A DNA stretch of 20,000 nucleotides, taken from the IMG/VR virus record IMGVR_UViG_3300042891_001375; one strand, given 5' to 3'. The notes beneath the pieces are model-generated. The model was not told the origin of the DNA and searched no databases. It was given only the letters and a program-made list of their open reading frames with translations. The stretch comes from an uncultured virus (IMG/VR IMGVR_UViG_3300042891_001375). Lineage: Duplodnaviria; Heunggongvirae; Uroviricota; Caudoviricetes. Of this stretch, positions 7,559 through 15,180 are shown piece after piece (the first letter of the stretch is position 1; the number at the start of each line of letters is the position of its first letter). The translations under genes were made by a program, and so were the position numbers.

Positions 7559-8686
7559 ATGCATAACATACTAACATTTTCTACTTTTTTATCTGAAGGC
7601 GCTGCAAGACAAACTTCTAAAGTAGCAGCACTCAAAGGTCCATTGCATGAATTGCTTGTGGGAAAACATTTAAACAATGGCAATTTGCCAGAAGACTATC
7701 GTGCTGATGGTAAACGACCAGAAGATATTCATCACGAATATGCTACTCAAATTTTTGGAAAAAATTATAAAAATCATCTAGAATATAAAAAAATGAATGG
7801 TGCTGCTGCTGAAGTTGCTGGTCGCCTGAATAAATTTCTTGGTGTTAAAGGTCATCATAGAGTTGCATGGACTTCTCAAAAATCTGATCACGAAAAAGAA
7901 ACAAATGTTGATGATCCTTTGAGTAAAGCGGATTTAATCATCACAAAAGGTGGTAAGGGTTCTTCAGATCATAAAAAACGACAAAAAACGGCAATTAGTA
8001 TTAAATATTCTTCGCCTGATAGTGGTAAAAAAACACCAACTAATTGGGCTAATCATGGTCAAAAAACTCTTGAAAGATTTTCTGGTGCAGATTTAACTGT
8101 TGACGAAAAGGCTGCACATAAAAAACTTTTGGCGTCTCATGGAATAAAAAATAGAGGTGACTATAGAAAAATTAGAGAATCAGGTAAATCTGATATAATT
8201 GCTAAAATTGACGCCAGCCATCGCAAAATGTCTCAAGAAGTTACTAGAAGATTTGCTGCAGGATTGGTGAACCGATATCATGCAAAAAATCAAACTCACC
8301 AAGATGAGCACTTAAAATCATTTATTAAGCGTAGCGTTGGTGCAGTAGGTCATGTAGAGGGTGGGGATGCAGAAGCTGGTAAAACCCACCTGCCACATAT
8401 TATTATGAAAACTACACGCAATTCTGATGGCACACACAGGCATCATGTCACTGATGTTGAATCTCACGTGCACAATTATTTGTCTCACTTTAAAAACTTA
8501 AAAGTTGATCATAAAGATGGTTCAACAGGCGTTGCAATTACTGGTGAACATAAGATTACAGGAAAAAGAATGGAAATTCATAGAACTCAAATCTATGGTG
8601 ATCAAGCAACAGCAAATTATAGAACATCAACTCAAATGAATTCAGAAGATCACAAAGATATTGACACGACAAAATATATTAAATAA
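7559..8686 (+). CDS. His/Lys-rich protein with capsid-targeting-like N-terminus and putative PD-(D/E)XK nuclease motif
   Basis: Probable start is ATG 7559 (MHNILTFSTFLSE); ATG 7547 is the alternative. Motifs KGPLHELLV, SKADLII and AISIKY have the order and spacing of restriction-endonuclease-like active sites. Confidence 0.5.
   Translation: MHNILTFSTFLSEGAARQTSKVAALKGPLHELLVGKHLNNGNLPEDYRADGKRPEDIHHEYATQIFGKNYKNHLEYKKMNGAAAEVAGRLNKFLGVKGHHRVAWTSQKSDHEKETNVDDPLSKADLIITKGGKGSSDHKKRQKTAISIKYSSPDSGKKTPTNWANHGQKTLERFSGADLTVDEKAAHKKLLASHGIKNRGDYRKIRESGKSDIIAKIDASHRKMSQEVTRRFAAGLVNRYHAKNQTHQDEHLKSFIKRSVGAVGHVEGGDAEAGKTHLPHIIMKTTRNSDGTHRHHVTDVESHVHNYLSHFKNLKVDHKDGSTGVAITGEHKITGKRMEIHRTQIYGDQATANYRTSTQMNSEDHKDIDTTKYIK
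8679..8685 (+). promoter_or_regulatory. Late promoter-like motif TTAAATA
   Basis: Overlaps the stop of the 7559 ORF, directly upstream of the SD (GAGG) and ATG 8701 of the lysis-type block. Confidence 0.4.
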
Positions 8687-8700
8687 TAAGAGGTAATAAA

Positions 8701-8967
8701 ATGAAAGCGGTATTAGTGTTATTTGCTGCTTTGTCCATGTTTCCGTTTTTTGCTGGGTGTGAAGATACATATAGATATCCATGTCAGGATCCTGCAAATA
8801 AGGATAATCCAGAATGTAATCGTCCAATTTGTGAAGCAGATGGGATGTGCTATGATACATTGAATGGTCTACCACCAAAGCAAGAAGCACCAGTTGTCGA
8901 GGAAACTGCAACGCCAGCTGAAGTCGTTGCTGAAGAACATGTAGTTGTTGAAAATACAGGAGAGTAA
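8701..8967 (+). CDS. Cys-rich lipoprotein
   Basis: Signal peptide with lipobox-like FAG-C, then four more Cys (YRYPCQDP...ECNRPICEADGMC) and an acidic tail. Confidence 0.7.
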   Translation: MKAVLVLFAALSMFPFFAGCEDTYRYPCQDPANKDNPECNRPICEADGMCYDTLNGLPPKQEAPVVEETATPAEVVAEEHVVVENTGE

Positions 8968-8969
8968 TT

Positions 8970-9317
8970 ATGTTTAAGGGTCAACGTTATAGTGAAACAG
9001 AATTGATGGCTCGATTGAAATTTATCGTCGGTCTTTCATTGGCATTTACACTTACAGGTATTGTGTTTGTAGTTCTCTACTCACTTATCTTTGTCACACA
9101 GCCAATGACACAATCACCAAACGACGCAAAGTTTTTTGAATTGATCACACCAATTGCAACTTTCTTGACTGGTATTCTATCAGGCATTATGCTTGGTAAG
9201 AGCGAAGATAAGAAAGAAGAACCAAAAACACCAGTTGCTGAAGAACCAAAGCCAGAAGATTTGGTTCCAGAACCAGTAAAGGAAATGGTTGAAGAAGTCG
9301 AAGATCATATTGCTTGA
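8970..9317 (+). CDS. Two-TM membrane protein, holin-like candidate
   Basis: Two hydrophobic segments (FIVGLSLAFTLTGIVFVVLYSLIFV; LITPIATFLTGILSGIML) and a charged C-terminal tail; directly upstream of the endolysin. Confidence 0.6.
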   Translation: MFKGQRYSETELMARLKFIVGLSLAFTLTGIVFVVLYSLIFVTQPMTQSPNDAKFFELITPIATFLTGILSGIMLGKSEDKKEEPKTPVAEEPKPEDLVPEPVKEMVEEVEDHIA

Positions 9318-9325
9318 GGTGAATT

Positions 9326-10498
9326 ATGAGTTTAAAATCACTTCAACAAAAAATCGGAGTTACTGCAGATGGCGCATGGGGTCCAGGAACTCTAAGAGCT
9401 GCAGCCAAATACTATAAACTATCACCAGCACGTGCTGCTCATTTCTTCGGTCAAACATCTCACGAAACTGGCGGATTTAAAGCATTCTCCGAAAATTTGA
9501 ACTATGGCGCAAAAGGTTTGATGGGAGTCTTTAAAAAATACTTTCCAAACGAAGCCGTAGCCAAACAATATGAGCGTAAGCCAGAAAAGATTGCGAATCG
9601 TGTCTATGCAAATCGCATGGGTAATGGCGATGAGGCATCTGGTGACGGCTGGCGTTATCGTGGTCGCGGTGCTCTTCAATTAACAGGCAGAACCAACTAC
9701 GAAACGTTTGCTGCATATTGCAATCGCCCAGACGTAATGACAAATCCTGACCTCGTTGCGACTGAATTAGCATTCGAATCAGCAATGTTTTTCTTCGAAA
9801 GAAACAAACTTTGGAGCATATGCGATCAAGGAGTGACTGATGCTGCGATTTTATCCGTTAGTAAGAAGGTTAATGGTGGCACACATGGCTTGGAAGATCG
9901 CAAGAATAAGACGAAAACGTACTTCGCCCAATTAAGTGCACCTGCTGGCGCAACACCAAAGGTTGTAACACCTGCTGCTAAACCAGCAGCTGCTCCTGCT
10001 GCTCCAATTGGTAAAATTTCTCCAGATATGCAGTTATCAGAGCATTTTAATCTGAAAGAGTTTACAAAATCTGAAACTGCAATTCGTAAGAGAATTGACA
10101 ATACTCCAAATGCCGCACACGCAGAGAATCTAAAAAATGTCTGTGAAAAAATTCTTGAACCTGTTCGTAAACATTTTGGGAAGCCTGTTCGTATTAACTC
10201 TGGTTATCGCGGTCCTGCCCTTAATGCTGCCGTTGGTGGTTCTAGTAAGTCACAACATTGTAATGGCGAAGCTGTCGACTTTGAAATCGACGGACTCCCA
10301 AACCCAGAATTAGCAAAGTGGGTTTCTGAAAATTGCGACTTTGATCAAATTATTCTAGAATTCTATGATCCAAAAGAAGGACCAAACTCAGGTTGGGTTC
10401 ATGCTTCAATTAAACGAGATGGAAGCAATCGTAAACAAAAGATGACTGCTGTTACTATAAATGGAAAGACTGTATATAAACCTGGCTTTGTAGTATAG
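9326..10498 (+). CDS. Endolysin: short PG-binding-like N-terminus + GH19 glycoside hydrolase + Ala/Pro linker + peptidase M15 domain
   Basis: LQQKIGVTADGAWGPGT (PG-binding-like). GH19 motifs HETGGF..ENLNY, GDGWRYRGRGALQLTGRTNY and VNGGTHGLEDR. M15 motifs SGYR, SQHCNGEAVD and WVH. Confidence 0.9.
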   Translation: MSLKSLQQKIGVTADGAWGPGTLRAAAKYYKLSPARAAHFFGQTSHETGGFKAFSENLNYGAKGLMGVFKKYFPNEAVAKQYERKPEKIANRVYANRMGNGDEASGDGWRYRGRGALQLTGRTNYETFAAYCNRPDVMTNPDLVATELAFESAMFFFERNKLWSICDQGVTDAAILSVSKKVNGGTHGLEDRKNKTKTYFAQLSAPAGATPKVVTPAAKPAAAPAAPIGKISPDMQLSEHFNLKEFTKSETAIRKRIDNTPNAAHAENLKNVCEKILEPVRKHFGKPVRINSGYRGPALNAAVGGSSKSQHCNGEAVDFEIDGLPNPELAKWVSENCDFDQIILEFYDPKEGPNSGWVHASIKRDGSNRKQKMTAVTINGKTVYKPGFVV

Positions 10499-10505
10499 GT
10501 GACTT

Positions 10506-11243
10506 ATGCCAATTACTATTGGAAGCGGCATAACAATCGGTAGTGGCATCAAATTCAATGACGCAGAAGCTCCTCCTGCAAACTCATCAATTGGAATCTA
10601 TACGCTAACATCTGGAACAAAACTTCCTGTGTTGGGAGTAGGCGGTCAAAGCCCATTTCCTGCAAATGGATGGACTTCATTAGTGGCATCATCAGGGGAT
10701 GATGCATTCATTACAGTTGCTTTAGGCTTCACATGGATTTACAATAGTGTGAATTATACCAGTTTCTTCCCAAATTCAAATTATTACATAACATTTGGTT
10801 CTGGAAGCACTCAATTTAACGCACTTGCAAATAACTCACCTTCGATTAATAAGATCTTTTTTGCTGGCACAGATAATTCATGGCAGCGTGTTTCTAGAAT
10901 CTCATCTGGAACTGATTATTTAAGATTACGATGGGAAGGCACTGCTAGCACAAGTGGCACTGCTGGCAATCCAAACATGGTATATGAACTCACATTCTTT
11001 AATCCAGTTAATACAGCAAACGTTCCAGTATTCGAATTATTAATTGGTCGCCAAGCCAGAGGAAACTCAACTCCTGGAATCATATCAGGTCTTTATAGCA
11101 ATACTGCGTTGTTGACTGGTGGAACTTTAGGACCATCTAATAGAGGTGTAAGTGCAAATCAAAGTTATGTTGCAGTTGGTAATGCTACTGGAACATCATG
11201 GACAATATATACTGGGCACTATCTGGCAGGGACAGGATATTAA
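10506..11243 (+). CDS. Gly/Ser/Thr/Asn-rich beta-rich protein, probable virion structural or receptor-binding accessory
   Basis: N-terminal ITIGSGITIGSGI repeat. The segment SGDDAFITVALGFTWIYNSVNYTSFFPNSNYYITFG resembles the nidogen-like start of the 15180 ORF. Confidence 0.5.
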   Translation: MPITIGSGITIGSGIKFNDAEAPPANSSIGIYTLTSGTKLPVLGVGGQSPFPANGWTSLVASSGDDAFITVALGFTWIYNSVNYTSFFPNSNYYITFGSGSTQFNALANNSPSINKIFFAGTDNSWQRVSRISSGTDYLRLRWEGTASTSGTAGNPNMVYELTFFNPVNTANVPVFELLIGRQARGNSTPGIISGLYSNTALLTGGTLGPSNRGVSANQSYVAVGNATGTSWTIYTGHYLAGTGY

Positions 11244-11245
11244 TA

Positions 11246-12043
11246 ATGAAGACTCTTGAAGAAAAGAAACTTCTTGTTAAAATGGCTCGAGCATTCGGGC
11301 AACCAGTAGATCAAGAATTGTTAGAATCGATTGAAAGAGAAGAACAATTCAACAAAATTCTCTTTAAAGAAGAAACACAACCAATTGTTGAAGAACCAGT
11401 TATACAAGTAGAGAAAATTGAAGAAAAGCCTCAGATGATTATTGAGGCAGATCCTTTTCCAACTCTACCATCTCCGAAAAAATTTATATCAGTTCCTACA
11501 ATTGATCCAATTAAGCAAACAATTAATGTTTTAAAGACTGCCAATACACCCAACAATATCTATCGAGATAAAGAAATGGAGGGGATGCGGCGTAGCATTA
11601 ATGAAATAATGCAACGAATATCCACATTATCATGGGGTAGTGGCGGAACAGGTGCTGTCAGAATTATTGATCAAGACGATCTTGTGAAGTCTACTGTACA
11701 AAACGGTAGATATATGAAGTATCAAGATGGATGGTTCGTCATGGACGAAATTAATCCATACGAAGTTGTGCACAATACAACACTTGTCACAAGCAATACT
11801 TATGTTGTTGGAGACACTGATTATTACATCGGTGTTAATTATGCTGGTCCAGTTACAATTATTATTCCATCTGAGCCAAATTCTGGTCGAGAAATTGTAA
11901 TTAAAGACGAATCGGGAAACTGTTCAAATAATCCTATCACAGTTTCTGGTCCAGTGGACAACGATAATAGCGGATTTATACTTGAAGTAGACAACGGAGC
12001 AGTGCACATGCTATTCCGTGGAGATTACTGGAGAATTATCTAA
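11246..12043 (+). CDS. Probable virion structural protein with C-terminal fibre-like beta domain
   Basis: Likely start is ATG 11246 (MKTLEEKKLL), right after the upstream stop. LSWGSGGTGAVRI junction; C-terminal DYYIGVNYAGPVTIIIP...GREIVIKDESGN...NPITV, recalled as typical of phage fibre/decoration domains. Confidence 0.55.
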   Translation: MKTLEEKKLLVKMARAFGQPVDQELLESIEREEQFNKILFKEETQPIVEEPVIQVEKIEEKPQMIIEADPFPTLPSPKKFISVPTIDPIKQTINVLKTANTPNNIYRDKEMEGMRRSINEIMQRISTLSWGSGGTGAVRIIDQDDLVKSTVQNGRYMKYQDGWFVMDEINPYEVVHNTTLVTSNTYVVGDTDYYIGVNYAGPVTIIIPSEPNSGREIVIKDESGNCSNNPITVSGPVDNDNSGFILEVDNGAVHMLFRGDYWRII

Positions 12044-13455
12044 TGACTTATCTTTATAATAAAAATGTAAATGTTCTAAATGCAAATGCGATTGTCAATA
12101 CGACGAATCCATTCCCTGTGACTGCTGTTGGAGATGGATTAGAAGTTAATGGAATCTCTCCAGACGCTTTCGGCAGAACTCGTGTTTCTGAACTGTTTAC
12201 TCTTGGCGATTATAAGCATCTCTTTGCGATCGATCCAAATTTTCTCGATGTCACATCAAATGGTAGTGTGATATTCAACACCAATAAAGCATGCGCAACT
12301 CTTTCTACGAATAGTAATTCTTCAGCATATTCAATCCACCAAACTAAATTCTATCATCATTATCAACCAGGAAAAAGTCAATTGATTCTTTCTTCGTTTG
12401 TTTTTGGATATCCTCAGAGAAACGTCACAAAACGTACAGGATATTTCGACGATCGAGATGGGATTTATTTTGAACAAGTTGGTAGCAATACTGCTAACGG
12501 AAATGTTTCAAGCAACACAACACAGACACTGAACTGGGTTATTCGTTCTTACACTGGGAATACTGCGAATGAATCAAATGTGGTTACAAATATCAATGGA
12601 ACGCCTTATACTTACAAGCGTCGAGTTCCTCAGAGCGAATGGAATTTAGATAAGTGCGACGGAACGGGAGAAAGTGGTTTTAATTTAGATGTAACTAAAA
12701 CGCAACTTACATTTACTGATTTCCAATGGCTAGGTGTAGGTCGTGTTCGTTGTGGATTTGTTCATGATGGCTTATTCATACCTGCTCATGAGTACGTGCA
12801 CTCAAATGTATTAGATGAAGTTTACATTGCAAATCCAAACCTTCCTGTTCGCTGCGAAATTAGAAATACTGGAGCGGGAACTGGCGGTTCAATGGATCAG
12901 ATCTGTTCTACGGTAGCCAGCGAAGGTGGTTATGTAGAATCTGGCATCGACTTTGCTATCACTGCCAATAACAGATCAACAGCCACACCTTCGGCGACTG
13001 AATTGCCATTGGTTGCAATTCGCCTCAAAAATACATTCCAAGGATATCCTAATAGAATCAGTGTACGTTTAAACAACATATCATTACACGCTGAAACGAA
13101 TAGCATTGTTTATGAGATTCGAAAATTAGCAAACACATCTTATCTTGCAAATAATACTGGAGCTCTTGTTTGGACTTCTGCTTCACCATCAAGCGGCGTA
13201 GAATATTGCGTTAATGCAGATACTATTACGAATGGTGAATCTTTTGCCGCAGGATTTGTTCCTGCAGGTGCTTCTCAAAATTCACTTTCCCCTGTCTCTA
13301 CAGGTGCATTAACCGCTGCTAAAAAGAATATTATTGTTCAGAACTTTGATTCCACGAATTCAGAAATTTATGTGGTGGTCGTAAGAACGATTATTACTGT
13401 CGGGAATCAAACTGCATCGGTTGGCGCATCGTTGCAGTGGCGTGAAATTTACTAA
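12043..13455 (+). CDS. Probable virion structural protein (beta-rich, large-phage family)
   Basis: TAATG coupling. DAFGRTRVSELFTL, YQPGKSQL and DFQWLGVGRVRCGF motifs are recalled from large-phage hypothetical structural proteins. Confidence 0.55.
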   Translation: MTYLYNKNVNVLNANAIVNTTNPFPVTAVGDGLEVNGISPDAFGRTRVSELFTLGDYKHLFAIDPNFLDVTSNGSVIFNTNKACATLSTNSNSSAYSIHQTKFYHHYQPGKSQLILSSFVFGYPQRNVTKRTGYFDDRDGIYFEQVGSNTANGNVSSNTTQTLNWVIRSYTGNTANESNVVTNINGTPYTYKRRVPQSEWNLDKCDGTGESGFNLDVTKTQLTFTDFQWLGVGRVRCGFVHDGLFIPAHEYVHSNVLDEVYIANPNLPVRCEIRNTGAGTGGSMDQICSTVASEGGYVESGIDFAITANNRSTATPSATELPLVAIRLKNTFQGYPNRISVRLNNISLHAETNSIVYEIRKLANTSYLANNTGALVWTSASPSSGVEYCVNADTITNGESFAAGFVPAGASQNSLSPVSTGALTAAKKNIIVQNFDSTNSEIYVVVVRTIITVGNQTASVGASLQWREIY

Positions 13456-13471
13456 ATACTACTACTAAATA
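13451..13471 (+). promoter_or_regulatory. Tandem late promoter-like motifs ACTAAATA x2
   Basis: ACTAAATA at 13451-13458 and 13464-13471, at the start of the 87-nt intergenic gap before the envelope-protein block. Confidence 0.6.
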
Positions 13472-13542
13472 AACCGCTTTAGAATTGTATTTTTATTATA
13501 AACTCGCTGATTGTTTCGTTATGATAACACTCAGAGGGTACA

Positions 13543-15180
13543 ATGAAAAGATTACTAGCAGTTCTCGCTCTCCTTGCATCTGGAGCAGCATTCGGTCAAG
13601 CAACAGAAACAACTTCGACAGTCACAACAACGTCGACTGTCAATACTAATACGACGACCGATAACACAAACACTAATACGAACACAAACGTAAACACGAC
13701 GACGGAAAATTCAACTTCCACGTCGACAACTACGAACACCAACACGAACACAAACGTGAACACTTCGACTTCTACGTCGACCAGTGATAACACAAACACG
13801 AACGTTAACACTAACACCAATACGACAACTTCGACAAATACGAATGTTAATACGAACAATAATATTAACAGCGGCGAAGTGACGTATAATAATAACAACA
13901 CGACAACCAGCACGAATACAAACAATAATAATAACACGAGTACTGTGACGACTGATAATACGAATACAAATACGTCGACAAATACGAACTATAATGTGAA
14001 TAGTGGTTCGATGACGAACAACAATAACAATGTAAATACGTCAACCTCAACAAGCACGAATAACAATAACAACGTGAATACGTCGACGGCAACGAACACC
14101 AACTTGAACACGAACGTGAATACGTCTACTGCGACAAACACGAATAATAATAACAACGTAAACACTTCAACTTCAACAAATACAAATAGTAACACTAACA
14201 CGAATTACAACGTGAATAGTGGAACACAGACGTTTAATAATAATAACAATACAACAAGTGTGAACACGAATAATAACAACAACGTGAACACAACTACGTC
14301 TGTGAATACAAATAACAATAATAATGTTTCGACATCTACGAGTGTGAATACGAATAATAATAACAATAACAGCGTTTCTACGAACACAAACTTTAATAAT
14401 AATGTGAATACGTCTACTTCAACCAATACAAATAATAACAATAATAACTTGTCTGGTGAAGTGACTTATAATAATAACAATAACAACAACACAAATATTA
14501 ATTCGAACAATGTAAACACGAATAACAATAACAGCACTTCTGTTAATACAAATAACAACAATAATGTTTCTACAAGCACGAATGTAAACAAAAACGATAG
14601 CACTAGCGTAAACACAAATAACAATAACAACGTAAGTGTGAGCACATCAACTGCAGTGAATAAAAACGAGAATGTGAATAAGTCAGAAAGTACAAGCGAC
14701 AGTAAAGTAGTTACGAACAACACAAACACGAACGTCAATCGAAACGAAAATATCAGCAAATCAGAAACAACAATCAAAGCACCTCCTGCTAGTGCTATCG
14801 CTCCTATGATCTCAACATATAGCCAGGACGTCTGTGTATCGGGCGTTTCTGGCGCTGTTCAGACTCAGGTATTCGGTCTTTCTGCTGGTAAGGCAGTTCG
14901 CGATATGAATTGCGAAAGATTAAAACTATCAAAGACTCTATACGATATGGGTATGAAGGTCGCTGCTGTATCAATGATGTGCCAAGACGAAAGAGTCTTC
15001 AAGGCTATGGAAATGGCTGGTACACCTTGCCCATATATGGGTAAGATTGGCAAGGATGCCACAGAACAGTGGACAGAAAATAAACAAGAACGTCCAGACT
15101 TCAAGAAGAAGTGGTGGAAAATTTGGGGTGACGATCAAGAAACATCAGAAGATCTTCCAGTAGCCGAAGCTGGTGGTTAA
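13543..15180 (+). CDS. Secreted Asn/Thr-rich repeat protein with Cys-containing C-terminal domain
   Basis: Sec signal peptide MKRLLAVLALLASGAAFG. About 380 aa of N/T/S/V repeats, then the C-terminal domain PPASAIAP...DVCVSG...NCERLKLSKTL...MCQD...GTPCP with 4 Cys. Confidence 0.75.
   Translation: MKRLLAVLALLASGAAFGQATETTSTVTTTSTVNTNTTTDNTNTNTNTNVNTTTENSTSTSTTTNTNTNTNVNTSTSTSTSDNTNTNVNTNTNTTTSTNTNVNTNNNINSGEVTYNNNNTTTSTNTNNNNNTSTVTTDNTNTNTSTNTNYNVNSGSMTNNNNNVNTSTSTSTNNNNNVNTSTATNTNLNTNVNTSTATNTNNNNNVNTSTSTNTNSNTNTNYNVNSGTQTFNNNNNTTSVNTNNNNNVNTTTSVNTNNNNNVSTSTSVNTNNNNNNSVSTNTNFNNNVNTSTSTNTNNNNNNLSGEVTYNNNNNNNTNINSNNVNTNNNNSTSVNTNNNNNVSTSTNVNKNDSTSVNTNNNNNVSVSTSTAVNKNENVNKSESTSDSKVVTNNTNTNVNRNENISKSETTIKAPPASAIAPMISTYSQDVCVSGVSGAVQTQVFGLSAGKAVRDMNCERLKLSKTLYDMGMKVAAVSMMCQDERVFKAMEMAGTPCPYMGKIGKDATEQWTENKQERPDFKKKWWKIWGDDQETSEDLPVAEAGG
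13612..14760 (+). repeat. Coding low-complexity repeat region with a ~14-aa (42-nt) unit NNNNNVNTSTSTNT
   Basis: Consecutive units such as NNNNNVNTSTSTST / NNNNNVNTSTATNT / NLNTNVNTSTATNT / NNNNNVNTSTSTNT, with synonymous codons varying between units. Confidence 0.85.

Noticed and set aside
11198..11245. Track start at 11198
   Set aside because: It overlaps the upstream gene by 46 nt; ATG 11246 directly after the stop with an upstream AGGA is more plausible.
13612..14760. Possible CRISPR array or DNA-level tandem repeat
   Set aside because: No identical repeats with unique spacers; repetition is at the amino-acid level within an open frame and codons vary.
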